Positions 28,608 to 38,631 of a DNA stretch of 64,000 bases are shown here, piece by piece. The DNA comes from Candidatus Omnitrophota bacterium (GTDB lineage: Bacteria; Omnitrophota; Gorgyraeia; Zapsychrales; Fredricksoniimonadaceae): assembly GCA_021731625.1 (NCBI GenBank), contig JAKFXC010000060.1:794-64793 (forward strand). Direction: 5' to 3'. Below the pieces are notes generated by a model. That model was given only the letters and a program-made list of their open reading frames with translations, was not told the DNA's origin and did no database searches. Both the position numbers and the translations under genes were made by a program. Each line of letters opens with the position of its first letter. Position 1 is the stretch's first letter.

Positions 28608-28986
28608 GAGTAATGTTTACGCACATCGACGCAAAAAACGCGTTTTAAAAGAGGCCAAGGGCCAGTTCGGCAACCGCAGCAAGAGATATAAGGAAGCGAT
28701 CAAGTCGCTCATTGCCAGCCGCCAATACGCCTATTTTGACCGCAAGAAAAATAAAGGCAATTTCCGGAGCCTCTGGATCATCCGCATCAATGCGGCTTGC
28801 AGGGATTCAGGCATTGCTTACAGCCGTTTTATCCGCGGGCTGATAGCCGCCAAAATCGAACTTAACCGCAAGGTGCTGGCGGATTTAGCTGTGACCGAAC
28901 CGCAGGCCTTTGCGCACATCGTGGATATCGCCAAGACCGCCTTGACGGCGCCACCAGCCAAGAAAAAAACAGCCAAAGTAAAATAG
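28594..28986 (+). CDS. rplT: 50S ribosomal protein L20
   Basis: MVRIKSNVYAHRRKKRVLKEAKGQFGNRSKRYKEAIKSLIASRQYAYFDRKKNKGNFRSLWIIRINAA matches the L20 signature. Confidence 0.9.
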   Translation: MVRIKSNVYAHRRKKRVLKEAKGQFGNRSKRYKEAIKSLIASRQYAYFDRKKNKGNFRSLWIIRINAACRDSGIAYSRFIRGLIAAKIELNRKVLADLAVTEPQAFAHIVDIAKTALTAPPAKKKTAKVK

Positions 28987-29003
28987 GGGCCAGCCCCCTA
29001 TTT
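28981..29003 (+). terminator. Hairpin AAATAGGGGC-CA-GCCCCCTATTT between rplT and pheS (possible terminator or attenuator)
   Basis: Same hairpin family as 7462-7486 and 36061-36131. A weak T-run follows. Confidence 0.4.
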
Positions 29004-29005
29004 CT

Positions 29006-30025
29006 ATGCACTGGGACTTTCAACAATTACAGGACGCTGCCCGCCAAGAAATTGAGTCCGTCACTGACGCGCACTCACTGGAATCTTTCCGCTTAAAATA
29101 TTTAGGCAAAAAAGGTCTGGTCGCCGATATTTTTCTTTCCCTGGCGTCTGCTTCTGCGGCAGAAAAGGGAGCCATCGGCAAAGGGGCCAATGACCTGCGC
29201 CATTTGGTCACTGCCTTAATCACGGACAAACAAAAGAAGGTTTCGAGTCAGCAACGCCCGGGAAGCCATCGGATTGATGTAACTATGCCCGGTGCGGTGC
29301 CAAACCTCGGCCATAGACACATCCTCACGCAGACCACCGAAGAAATTTGCCAGGTTTTTGAGAAGCTGGGGTTTGTTCTCGAGGAAGGCCCGGAGGTAGA
29401 GACGGAATTCAATAATTTCACCGGTTTAAATATCCCCATCGACCACCCCTCGCGCGATGCCTTCGACACATTTTATCTGCAGGCCTCTGATCTCACGGCC
29501 AAAGGCCGTAAGCTGCTGCTGAGAAGCCACACATCGCCGGGACAGGTGAGGGTCATGACCGCCCATAAGCCGCCCCTGGCCGTCATCATCCCCGGACGGG
29601 TCTACCGGCCCGACGCGGTGGACGCCAGCCATTCGTTCATGTTCCACCAAATCGAAGGATTGCTGGTTGACAAGAACATAAAATTTTCCGATCTAAAGGG
29701 CCTGCTTACCGAATTCTGCCGCCGGTTTTTCGGGCCGTCGGTTAAGATGCGTTTCCGGCCGCATTATTTTCCTTTTACGGAACCCTCGGCAGAAGTCGAC
29801 ATTGCCGCAGACATATTCAAGGGAACCAGCCGCAAACCGTGGCTGGAAATTTTAGGCTGTGGAATGGTCAATCCCAAGGTATTTGCTGTGGCCGGTTATC
29901 CGCCGGGAATATACACCGGCCTGGCCTTCGGCATGGGTGTCGAGCGCATGGCTATGCTTAGGCATGGAATTAGAGATATACGGATGTTTTACGAGAATGA
30001 TGTGCGGTTCTTAAACCAGTTTTAA
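29006..30025 (+). CDS. pheS: Phenylalanine--tRNA ligase alpha subunit
   Basis: Class II core (FRPHYFPFTEPSAEVD, GCGMVNPKV, GLAFGMGVERMAML). Confidence 0.9.
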   Translation: MHWDFQQLQDAARQEIESVTDAHSLESFRLKYLGKKGLVADIFLSLASASAAEKGAIGKGANDLRHLVTALITDKQKKVSSQQRPGSHRIDVTMPGAVPNLGHRHILTQTTEEICQVFEKLGFVLEEGPEVETEFNNFTGLNIPIDHPSRDAFDTFYLQASDLTAKGRKLLLRSHTSPGQVRVMTAHKPPLAVIIPGRVYRPDAVDASHSFMFHQIEGLLVDKNIKFSDLKGLLTEFCRRFFGPSVKMRFRPHYFPFTEPSAEVDIAADIFKGTSRKPWLEILGCGMVNPKVFAVAGYPPGIYTGLAFGMGVERMAMLRHGIRDIRMFYENDVRFLNQF

Positions 30026-30182
30026 TTAGCTTCGGTAGAATTTTACGGCTCCGGTTGTCTTTTTCCGCCAATCTTCTCTCGGTGCCCAGAAACACAAGGC
30101 ACCTTCGGTGCTGTGTTTCTGAATCGGCGACGTAGATCAGCGGGACAACAGTCGCCTTAGAAATTCTACCAAAGCTAATTAA
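30022..30182. repeat. Nested inverted-repeat element in the pheS-pheT intergenic region
   Basis: Outer arms TTAATTAGCTTCGGTAGAATTT (30022-30043) and AAATTCTACCAAAGCTAATTAA (30161-30182) with 1 mismatch. Inner hairpins CAGAAACACAAGGCACC/GGTGCTGTGTTTCTG and GGCGAC...GTCGCC. Confidence 0.6.
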
Positions 30183-30193
30183 AAAGACATTAA

Positions 30194-32233
30194 ATGAAAC
30201 TCTCCCTCAATTGGCTTAAAGATTACGTAAACCCTAAACTCTCTCCTGAGAAGCTGGCGGAGCGCTTGACCATGGCGGGCCTAGAGGTGGAAGAAGTCCG
30301 TCACACCGGCAACGACACTGTCTTAGACTTGGAAATTACCCCCAATCGTCCCGACTGTCTAAGTATCATTGGTTTGGCCCGGGAAGTGGCAGGCATAACG
30401 GCGAACTCGTTAAAGCTCCCCAAAATAAAGTCTTATGCTCTAAAGAAATCCGCAGCCTTCAGAGTTACCGTCGAGAATACCAAAGATTGTCCGCGATACA
30501 TTGGCACCCTCATTAAAAATGTCCACGTTGCCGCGGCCCCGGACGGCCTCGCGTCCCGGCTGTCTACCGTCGGGATTAAGAGCATCAATAACGCGGTCGA
30601 CATTACCAATTTTGTGTTGCTGGAAACCGGCCAACCCCTGCACGCGTTTGACTATGACAAATTGGCCGGCGGCGCAATCATCGTCCGGCGGGCCAGAGCC
30701 GGAGAGAAGATTATCGCCATCGACGGATCCGCACACAGGCTGGACCCCTCCATTTTAGTACTCGCCGACGCCCAAAAGCCTGTGGCCATTGCCGGAATCA
30801 TGGGTGGGAAAGAAAGCGAGATCACCGCGCAGACCAAAAATATCGTGCTGGAGAGCGCGCAATTTGATATGGGGCTGGTGCGGCGGGCGTCCAGGACTCT
30901 GGGCTTAAAAAGTGATTCGTCTTACCGGTTCGAGCGGGGGGTGGATTATGAAGGGGTGCTCACCGGCGCCAATCGGGCCACAGATTTATTGTTGGAACAT
31001 CTCAAGGGAGTTTTGTCTGATCGCATTGATGTGCGATCGACTCAAATAAAAACAAAAATGATCGCGATCTTCCCAACGGAGATTGAGGCTTTGCTGGGCA
31101 CGGCAGTGAGCGCTGCCCAAGCAAAGAACATGCTTAGCCGTTTAGGGTTAAAAGTCAAAACCGGCGCCCAGGGCAAATTGCAGGTGGGCATACCTGACTT
31201 CCGCGTTGATCTAAATCAGCCGGCGGATTTGATTGAGGAGATCGCCCGCATGATCGGGTATGACCGGCTGCCACTGTCCTTGCCCACCATCGCGGTCGCC
31301 AATATCAGCGTCATTGCTCGTCCTCGCGAAGTCAAGAAAACCATCACCGAGGTTTTATTCGCTCAGGGTTTCAGCGAGGCCATTACGTATGCCCTCATTA
31401 ACCAAAACGATTTGAATCGAAGTCATTTAGGCCATTTGCCGAAGCTGCCACTGGAGAGTTCCTTAAGCCAGGAGCATAATATTTTGCGGCCGAGTTTATT
31501 GCCCAGTTTGCTCAAGGTCGCAGCGGGAAATTTTAACCACGGCCAAAAAGATTTGAAAATTTTCGAAATCGGCAAACGGTATTTGCCCGATGGTAGAGGA
31601 GCGGCGGAGCATCCCACGCTAGGCATCTTGATCACCGGTAAACGCAATCATGACTGGCGTACCAGTAACAAGGAAACGCTCAATTTTTTTGATTTAAAAG
31701 GCGCGCTGGAGAATATTGTCCAGGCGCTGCAGGCGCCGCTGCAGGTCGCGCTCCATCCGTATCCAGCTTTTGCGCCTGCCGAGTCGGTGTCGCTGCTGCT
31801 TCATGGCAAGAGTATTGGCACGGCGGGCCGCATCGATGCGCAGGTATTGACACAATGGGGCATCAAAGCCAAGGAAGTTTATTTTGCCGGGGTCCATTTG
31901 GAGGAATTGTTTGTTCTTCCTAAGCCGGTGCTCAAATACCAGCCGGTGTCTGAATTCCCGGCCATCCAGCGCGACGTCAGCCTTGCGGTCAAACAGGAGA
32001 TTTCCTATCGGGCCTTAAGCAGCCGTTGTATGGAGATGGGCGGCGACATCCTCCAGGAAATGCACTTGATCGAAGAGTACACCGGCGATAAAATCCCCCA
32101 AGGCACCCGCGGCCTGGTGTTCGCTTTAATCTACCAGTCGCTCAAGCGCACCCTGCGCGAAGAAGAGGTCAATGCCGTCCATCAGAAGCTCCTCAACGCC
32201 CTTACCCACGAATTCGGCGCTACAGTTCGCTAA
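30194..32233 (+). CDS. pheT: Phenylalanine--tRNA ligase beta subunit (short, 679 aa)
   Basis: tRNA-binding N-terminus (MKLSLNWLKDYV), B3/B4, catalytic-like and C-terminal FDX-ACB domain. Confidence 0.9.
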   Translation: MKLSLNWLKDYVNPKLSPEKLAERLTMAGLEVEEVRHTGNDTVLDLEITPNRPDCLSIIGLAREVAGITANSLKLPKIKSYALKKSAAFRVTVENTKDCPRYIGTLIKNVHVAAAPDGLASRLSTVGIKSINNAVDITNFVLLETGQPLHAFDYDKLAGGAIIVRRARAGEKIIAIDGSAHRLDPSILVLADAQKPVAIAGIMGGKESEITAQTKNIVLESAQFDMGLVRRASRTLGLKSDSSYRFERGVDYEGVLTGANRATDLLLEHLKGVLSDRIDVRSTQIKTKMIAIFPTEIEALLGTAVSAAQAKNMLSRLGLKVKTGAQGKLQVGIPDFRVDLNQPADLIEEIARMIGYDRLPLSLPTIAVANISVIARPREVKKTITEVLFAQGFSEAITYALINQNDLNRSHLGHLPKLPLESSLSQEHNILRPSLLPSLLKVAAGNFNHGQKDLKIFEIGKRYLPDGRGAAEHPTLGILITGKRNHDWRTSNKETLNFFDLKGALENIVQALQAPLQVALHPYPAFAPAESVSLLLHGKSIGTAGRIDAQVLTQWGIKAKEVYFAGVHLEELFVLPKPVLKYQPVSEFPAIQRDVSLAVKQEISYRALSSRCMEMGGDILQEMHLIEEYTGDKIPQGTRGLVFALIYQSLKRTLREEEVNAVHQKLLNALTHEFGATVR

Positions 32234-32487
32234 AATTCCCTCAGTACGCAAACATTTGACAAAATCCAAAAAGTGCTATAATTGATGTTGAATCCTGCTC
32301 CGTGCGTCAGGGCTCGGATGTATTGAACCACAAAACTAACTCCAGGGAACTGGTTCTTGCAGATGCGCATAGTCGCTCTCACACTGGTTCCCACCTGTGA
32401 AAACAGGTTCTCATTACACCAGTCCAACGGCGGCGCGGGATTTTGTTTTTGATTTTCCGGTGATTTTCCGGATTTTCCGGATTTATC

Positions 32488-32555
32488 GGGACACATACCG
32501 TAACCCTAATTCCAAATTTACCCGCTCAATGGAATTAAGGTTACGGTATGTGTCC
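32488..32555. repeat. 70-bp palindromic element, copy 2: arms GGGACACATACCGTAACCCTAATTCC / GGAATTAAGGTTACGGTATGTGTCCC, 16-nt loop
   Basis: Arms nearly identical to copy 1 (11008-11081), loop unrelated. Preceded by a short GATTTTCCG x3 tandem repeat (32443-32485). Confidence 0.7.
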
Positions 32556-32575
32556 CTCTTCCCTTTTTCTTTCCT

Positions 32576-33889
32576 ATGCCGACGCCGAATTTGTTTTCCT
32601 CAGATCTTGAGATCCCCAAGGACGCGCCCTTAAGCGCCCGCATGCGGCCGCGCACCCTGGAGGAATACGTTGGCCAAACGCATATCCTAGGCCCCGGCAA
32701 GCTGCTCACCCGGGCCATTGAGGCCGATCGTATCAATTCTCTTATTGTCTACGGCCCGCCGGGCGCAGGTAAAACTACGCTCGCGCTCTGCATCGCCCAG
32801 CGCACCCAATCGCATTTTGAAAAGATCAACGCGGTGGCGTCCAACGTCGAGGAAATGCGCAAAATCATCGCCGGCGCCCAGCACCGCCGGGCCACCTCGG
32901 GCCGCAAGACCCTGTTTTTTATCGACGAGATCCACCGCTTCAACAAAGCCCAACAAGATGTCCTCATGCCGGACATCGAAGAAGGCAACATCATTTTAAT
33001 CGGCACCACGGTCTTTAACCCTTTCTTTGCCCTGGTCAGTCCGCTCATTTCCCGGTCCATGATTTTTGAGCTCCATGCCCTCAGCAAAGAAGATGTTTTG
33101 GTCATTTTAAACCGGGCCCTACAAGACGCCGAGAGGGGACTCGGCTTTTTAAAGATCAAAGCAGAAGCCCCGGCCTTAGAATTTTTAGCCCAAACCTGCG
33201 ATGGAGACGGCCGCCGGGCCCTCAATGCCTTGGAAGTTGCCGCCGTCACCACGCCTCCGGACGCTCGCGGCGCGGTGCACATCACCCTCGACATTGCCCA
33301 GGAAAGCATTCAGAAAAAAGCCCTCAACTATGATCACGACGGCGACGCCCACTACGACACGGCTTCGGCGTTCATTAAGTCGATGCGCGGCTCAGACCCG
33401 GACGCGACGCTCTATTGGATGGCCAAAATGATTTATGCCGGCGAAGACCCGCGGTTCATTGCCCGCCGCATCGTCATCTGCGCCAGCGAAGATGTGGGCA
33501 ATGCCGATCCCAATGCGCTGGTGGTGGCCAATGCCGCCGCGCAAGCCAGCGAGTTTATCGGCCTGCCGGAGTCCCGCATCATCCTGGCCCAGGCCGCGGT
33601 CTACGTCGCCTGCGCCCCCAAATCCAACGCGGTGTATTTAGGGATTGATACTGCCCTGGCTGACGTCAAGGAGAAACGCCTGTCCGGCGTCCCTAACCAC
33701 TTAAAAGATGCCCATTACAAGGGCGCCGCCAAGTTAGGCCACGGAGAGGGCTACAAATACGCGCACGATTATCCGCTCCATTATGTCGACCAGGCGTACA
33801 TGAACCATAAGGCCCAATACTACAAGCCTGGCGATTTAGGCTACGAGGCCAAGATCAAAGAACGCTTGGACAAGTTAAAGAAAAAATGA
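32576..33889 (+). CDS. rarA: Replication-associated recombination protein A (AAA+ ATPase, MgsA/WRNIP1 family)
   Basis: MRPRTLEEYVGQTHILGPGKLL...LIVYGPPGAGKTTLA...FIDEIHRFNKAQQD and C-terminal MgsA helical domain. Confidence 0.9.
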   Translation: MPTPNLFSSDLEIPKDAPLSARMRPRTLEEYVGQTHILGPGKLLTRAIEADRINSLIVYGPPGAGKTTLALCIAQRTQSHFEKINAVASNVEEMRKIIAGAQHRRATSGRKTLFFIDEIHRFNKAQQDVLMPDIEEGNIILIGTTVFNPFFALVSPLISRSMIFELHALSKEDVLVILNRALQDAERGLGFLKIKAEAPALEFLAQTCDGDGRRALNALEVAAVTTPPDARGAVHITLDIAQESIQKKALNYDHDGDAHYDTASAFIKSMRGSDPDATLYWMAKMIYAGEDPRFIARRIVICASEDVGNADPNALVVANAAAQASEFIGLPESRIILAQAAVYVACAPKSNAVYLGIDTALADVKEKRLSGVPNHLKDAHYKGAAKLGHGEGYKYAHDYPLHYVDQAYMNHKAQYYKPGDLGYEAKIKERLDKLKKK

Positions 33890-33905
33890 TACGATACACC
33901 GTTTC

Positions 33906-34460
33906 ATGAATACCAAAAGTTCTTTACGAGGGTATTTTTTAGAACTTCTCACCAAGCAGGGGAGCCAGGAACGGAAGCACAAAAGCAGTAGAATCGCGCA
34001 GCAATTATATAAGCTGCCGGCTTTTGTTAACGCTCAGACCGTTCTTTTTTATGCTTCTTTGCCGGGCGAAGTGGAAACCTTCGCGATGATGACCATGGCC
34101 ATGCAATTGCACAAACACGTCGCACTTCCCGTTATTACGCGCGATCAAAGGAAAATCATTCCAACATTAACCGATTCGGTGGAGGGCCTGCCCGTTGGGC
34201 TTTATGGTATACCTTCGCCTCACCCCGACCGCACCGGCGGACCAGTGGATCTACAGGCGCTGGACATGGTGGTCGTCCCCGGGTTGGCCTTTGACAAGGC
34301 CAAGAACCGTCTGGGACGGGGCAAAGGATATTACGACCGGTTTTTAAGGACATTGCCGGAGCGTACCGCCAAAGTTGGAATTGCTTTTGATTTTCAAATT
34401 GTGGATTGCCTGCCTGTCGAGGAACACGATGTTCCTCTCGATGTGATCATCGCCGCCTGA
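33906..34460 (+). CDS. 5-formyltetrahydrofolate cyclo-ligase
   Basis: GLAFDKAKNRLGRGKGYYDRFL signature of the MTHFS family. Confidence 0.8.
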   Translation: MNTKSSLRGYFLELLTKQGSQERKHKSSRIAQQLYKLPAFVNAQTVLFYASLPGEVETFAMMTMAMQLHKHVALPVITRDQRKIIPTLTDSVEGLPVGLYGIPSPHPDRTGGPVDLQALDMVVVPGLAFDKAKNRLGRGKGYYDRFLRTLPERTAKVGIAFDFQIVDCLPVEEHDVPLDVIIAA

Positions 34461-34498
34461 AGTTTCCCCGTCCTTAAGTATTATAGAAAGGGGTCCCC

Positions 34499-36064
34499 AT
34501 GCAAAATGTTTCTTTTGTATTGATTGCCGTTTTCGTCGGCATTGTGTGTGTTATTGCCGGATTTTTCTTAAACCGGATTTTGGGCGGCAAACGGAGCCGG
34601 CAGGCCCAACAAGGCGCTGCGGAAATCCGTGAACTGGCCCAGAGAGAAGCGGAAACCATCCGCAAAGAAGCAGACCTCCAGGCGAAGGACTTGCTGATTA
34701 AACTCCGCCAGGATTTTGAGAACCAGATCAAAGAGCGGCGGGACGAAATCACCAATGCCGAAAAACGCATTGTGCAGCGTGAGGAAAATTTAGACAAACG
34801 GGTGGATTTGCTGGAGAAAAAAGAAAAAGATCTGGCCAGCCGCTTGGAAGTCCTGCGCGACGGAGAGGCCAAGAATAAAGAAAAAGAAGAGACCTTGACG
34901 AAATTGGTGACCGAAGAAAAGGCCCGCTTGCAGTCTATTGCGAATCTGTCCCAGGACGAGGCCCGCAAAGTTCTATTGGCTCGGGTGGACGAGGACCTTA
35001 AGACCGAGAAGTCGGTGCGCATCCGCCAGATGAATGAAGAGATCAAGGAAGTTTCCGACAAAAAGGCGCGGGAGATTATCAGCACCGCGATCCAGCGCTG
35101 CGCCTCAGACCACACTGCTGAGACGACCATTTCCGTGGTGCCGCTGCCGTCCGACGAGATGAAAGGCCGCATCATCGGCCGCGAAGGCCGCAACATCCGC
35201 GCCCTGGAGCAGGCCACTGGGGTCGACATCATCATCGACGACACACCGGAGGCAGTGACCATTTCGGGGTTTGACATGGTGCGCCGTGAGACCGCCCGCA
35301 TGGCCCTGGAAGCGCTCATTGTTGACGGCCGTATCCATCCTGGCCGCATCGAGGAGGTGGTGGAGAAGGCCAAAGGAGATTTAGAGAAGAAAATGAAGGA
35401 AGAGGGGGAACATGCGGCCATGGAGCTTGGCATCCACGGCATGCACCCGGAACTCATCAAACTGGTGGGGCGTTTGCGTTACCGCACTTCGTTTGGGCAA
35501 AATGGACTAAACCACTCAGTGGAAGTCGCCAAATTGATGGGCATCATGGCCTACCAATTGAATGTCGACGTGAAGGCCGCCAAGCGGGCGGGCCTGTTGC
35601 ATGACATCGGCAAAGTGGTTTCATCGGATGTGGAGGAAGGTACTCATGCCATTGTCGGCGGACGGCTTTGCCGCAAATACGGTGAGGCCGAAGACGTGGC
35701 CTATGCTGTAGAAAGCCACCACGGGGAAGTGGAAATGAACACCCTCTACGGAATTTTAGTTTCTGCGGCGGACGCCATCAGCGCGGCCAGGCCAGGGGCC
35801 CGGGCGGAGTCAATGGAAACCTACATCAAGCGATTGGAAAATTTGGAAAAGATTTCCAATTCGTTTAAGGGTGTTGAGAAAAGTTATGCCTTGCAGGCCG
35901 GCCGGGAGATTAGGATCATGGTGATGCCCGATAAAGTCAATGATGATGAGGCGGTCGTCATGGCGAGGGACATCCGCAAGAAAATTGAAGAAGAAATGGA
36001 ATATCCCGGGCATATCAAAGTCATGGTGGTCCGCGAAACCCGCGCCGTGGAGTATGCTAAATAG
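34499..36064 (+). CDS. rny: Ribonuclease Y
   Basis: N-terminal TM helix, coiled coil, KH domain ([26 protein letters not shown]), HD domain (LLHDIGKV...HH). Confidence 0.9.
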   Translation: MQNVSFVLIAVFVGIVCVIAGFFLNRILGGKRSRQAQQGAAEIRELAQREAETIRKEADLQAKDLLIKLRQDFENQIKERRDEITNAEKRIVQREENLDKRVDLLEKKEKDLASRLEVLRDGEAKNKEKEETLTKLVTEEKARLQSIANLSQDEARKVLLARVDEDLKTEKSVRIRQMNEEIKEVSDKKAREIISTAIQRCASDHTAETTISVVPLPSDEMKGRIIGREGRNIRALEQATGVDIIIDDTPEAVTISGFDMVRRETARMALEALIVDGRIHPGRIEEVVEKAKGDLEKKMKEEGEHAAMELGIHGMHPELIKLVGRLRYRTSFGQNGLNHSVEVAKLMGIMAYQLNVDVKAAKRAGLLHDIGKVVSSDVEEGTHAIVGGRLCRKYGEAEDVAYAVESHHGEVEMNTLYGILVSAADAISAARPGARAESMETYIKRLENLEKISNSFKGVEKSYALQAGREIRIMVMPDKVNDDEAVVMARDIRKKIEEEMEYPGHIKVMVVRETRAVEYAK

Positions 36065-36131
36065 GGGCCAGCCCCCTATTTTTTATATAGTTAACTTGCT
36101 TAAAAATAGGGGGCTGGCCCCTATTTAGCAG
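36061..36131. terminator. Paired inverted copies of the AAATAGGGGCCAGCCCCCTATTT hairpin forming a 19-bp-stem bidirectional terminator after rny
   Basis: AAATAGGGGCCAGCCCCCTATTTTTT at 36061-36086 and its reverse complement AAAAATAGGGGGCTGGCCCCTATTT at 36107-36131. T-run follows the first hairpin. Confidence 0.65.
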
Positions 36132-36149
36132 GGGAGTTGTTCCTACTTT

Positions 36150-36932
36150 ATGAAGGTCCTATGCATAGGCGATATCGTAGGCCGGCCGGGACGGGAAATC
36201 CTGGCCAAATCCTTGGGTCCGTTCAAGGAGCAGCACCGCGTTGACTTTGTCATTGCCAACGGCGAGAATGCGGCCGGTGGCAGCGGCATCCTTCCCAAAC
36301 AGGCGGAGGAGATTTATGCCTGCGGGGTCGATGTCATCACCCTCGGTGACCATGTCTGGGACAAGTCGGACATTTACGCGTATCTTAATGAGCAGGCCCG
36401 CATTGTCCGGCCGATCAATTTTCCGGAAGGGGTGCCGGGCAAGGGCTGGGCGATTTCCATTGCCGGAAACCAGGTCAAAATCGGCGTAATAAACCTTCTG
36501 GGCCGTACTTTTATGCGCTACAATGTCAATTGTCCGTTCCGCGCCTTGGACGCGGCCGTCGAGCACATCAAAAAAGAAACGCCGGTGATTTTTGTGGACA
36601 TGCACGCCGAAACCACCAGTGAGAAAGTCGCCATGGGCCATTACGCCGATGGGAAAGTTTCTTGCGTGTTCGGCACCCACACGCACGTCCAAACCGCTGA
36701 CGATAAGATTTTACCGCAGGGCACGGCATACATCACCGACCTGGGCATGAGCGGCCCGCACAACTCCGTCATCGGCCAAAACAAAGAAAAAATCATCCAG
36801 CGTTTCCTGACTTGCATGCCCCACAAATTTGAAGTGGCCGAGGGAGACAATATTTTAAACGGCATTTTAGTGGACGTTGACGAAGACACCGGCAAATCCC
36901 GTCACATCACACGCATCCAGCAAAAGGAGTAA
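36150..36932 (+). CDS. ymdB: YmdB-family 2',3'-cyclic-nucleotide 2'-phosphodiesterase (TIGR00282 metallophosphoesterase)
   Basis: MKVLCIGDIVGRPGR...ANGENAAGG...GDHVWDK motifs. Conserved rny-ymdB pairing. Confidence 0.85.
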   Translation: MKVLCIGDIVGRPGREILAKSLGPFKEQHRVDFVIANGENAAGGSGILPKQAEEIYACGVDVITLGDHVWDKSDIYAYLNEQARIVRPINFPEGVPGKGWAISIAGNQVKIGVINLLGRTFMRYNVNCPFRALDAAVEHIKKETPVIFVDMHAETTSEKVAMGHYADGKVSCVFGTHTHVQTADDKILPQGTAYITDLGMSGPHNSVIGQNKEKIIQRFLTCMPHKFEVAEGDNILNGILVDVDEDTGKSRHITRIQQKE

Positions 36933-36936
36933 CCCT

Positions 36937-37329
36937 ATGGCCTGGCAAGGCAACGACCGCCGCAAATTTCCCCGTATCCTCTATCCGTGCATGATCAAGA
37001 TTTTTTCGAGCGAACAAGGACAGGAAGTGATGTTGACGCACACGGAGAACGTCGGCGTGGGAGGGTGCTGCATCATTGTTAAGAAAGCCATTCAACTCTT
37101 TAGCCCGGTCTCCGTGGAGCTGGATTTAATTGACGAGGCCGACCATATCCGGGCCGAAGGCAAGGTGGTCTGGTCGGTGCGGCGTAAGGCGGTGGAATCG
37201 TTTAAACCCTCTTTTTATGACATCGGCATCGAATTTGCCAACGTCTCAGAACAAAATCAAAAAAGGCTGGAGAAGGCCATGAATATATTCCTCAAAAAAG
37301 GATATAAGACGCTTCGCCCGGTGTATTGA
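36937..37329 (+). CDS. PilZ domain protein (c-di-GMP binding)
   Basis: NDRRKFPRI (RxxxR) and ENVGVGGCCI (DxSxGG-like) motifs. Start MAWQGN at 36937. Confidence 0.65.
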   Translation: MAWQGNDRRKFPRILYPCMIKIFSSEQGQEVMLTHTENVGVGGCCIIVKKAIQLFSPVSVELDLIDEADHIRAEGKVVWSVRRKAVESFKPSFYDIGIEFANVSEQNQKRLEKAMNIFLKKGYKTLRPVY

Positions 37330-38615
37330 TTGGCATGGTCCGGGTCCGTTTTGCCCCGTCTCCGACGGGCTATCTGCACATCGGCGGCGCGCGCACCGCA
37401 CTCTTTAACTGGATGTACGCCAAAGCCCAGGGCGGCAAGTTTATCCTGCGCATTGAAGACACCGACAAGGCGCGTTCCAAATCCGAATTCCTCGACGAGA
37501 TCCTAGAGAGCATGGAATGGCTGGGCCTGACTTGGGACGAGTTTTACAAGCAAAGCGACCGCTTTGATCTGTACGCCCAGTATGCCCAAAAATTGCTGGA
37601 TGAGGGCAAGGCCTACAAGGACGACCAAGCTGTGCTGTTGACCATGCCGCAGAAGACGATCAAAATGTACGATTTGATCCGCGACGAGATCGTCGTTGAC
37701 ACCAAAGAGATCAAGGACCAGGTGCTGATCAAAAGCGACGGCTCGCCGACGTACAGCTTTGCCTGTGTCATCGACGATGCGTTGATGGAGATTTCCTGCG
37801 TCATCCGGGGCGAAGACCACATCTCTAATACGCCAAAACAAATTGTCATTTACGAAGCGCTTGGTTTTAAGCCGCCCAAATTTGCCCACCTGCCGCTCAT
37901 CCTCGACGATGAACGGGCCCGGCTGTCCAAACGCGCCGGTGCCGTGGCTGTCTCCGATTACCGCACCCAGGGCTTTTTGCCGGAAGCTGTCGTCAATTAC
38001 TTGATGCTCTTGGGATGGTCGCCGGGCAATAATCAGGAGAAGATCGCCCTGGCATCGGCGATTAAGAATTTTTCCATCAAAAAAATCAACAAAGCCGGCG
38101 CCGCGTTTTCGATGGACAAATTAAAGTGGCTTAACAGCCAGTACATTAAAGAGATAGACAGCGTGCGGTTGGCGGAGTTGATCAAACCCATGTTGGTGGC
38201 AAAATATGATGAGCGGACGGTGCAGTCTTACGATCTGGCTAAAATAGCCACGCTATACAAAGGTCGTATGGAGACTTTGGCAGATTTTTTGGATTGGACG
38301 GAATACATTTTCTCCGATCTGCTGAAGTTTGACCCTGAGGCCAGGGCCGCCCACCTGAGCAAGAATATGGGCAAGGAATTTACCCTCCTCGCTGAACACC
38401 TGAATGGTATACTTAATTTTGATGCCAAATCAGCGGAGGAGGCGTTTCGGGCGGTGGTGGCTGCTTTGGGCATTGATGCCGGGACGTTGGTGCACCCCGT
38501 GCGGGTGGCTTTAACCGGCCGCGCCGTCGGGCCAGGGCTTTTTGATACCATGGCGGTTTTGGGAAAAGACATCACGGTTGCGCGGTTACGGTCGACGTTT
38601 GCCAAAACACAATAA
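37326..38615 (+). CDS. gltX: Glutamate--tRNA ligase (short form, 429 aa)
   Basis: RFAPSPTGYLHIGGARTALFNW (HIGH), catalytic-core residues, KMSKS-like LSKRAG. Short C-terminal anticodon-binding region. Confidence 0.9.
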   Translation: MIGMVRVRFAPSPTGYLHIGGARTALFNWMYAKAQGGKFILRIEDTDKARSKSEFLDEILESMEWLGLTWDEFYKQSDRFDLYAQYAQKLLDEGKAYKDDQAVLLTMPQKTIKMYDLIRDEIVVDTKEIKDQVLIKSDGSPTYSFACVIDDALMEISCVIRGEDHISNTPKQIVIYEALGFKPPKFAHLPLILDDERARLSKRAGAVAVSDYRTQGFLPEAVVNYLMLLGWSPGNNQEKIALASAIKNFSIKKINKAGAAFSMDKLKWLNSQYIKEIDSVRLAELIKPMLVAKYDERTVQSYDLAKIATLYKGRMETLADFLDWTEYIFSDLLKFDPEARAAHLSKNMGKEFTLLAEHLNGILNFDAKSAEEAFRAVVAALGIDAGTLVHPVRVALTGRAVGPGLFDTMAVLGKDITVARLRSTFAKTQ

Positions 38616-38631
38616 TCAACAGGGAGGACCC

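Noticed and set aside
34474-35460. Minus-strand 328-aa ORF
   Set aside because: Antisense to rny. Low-complexity Ser/Arg-rich translation, spurious.
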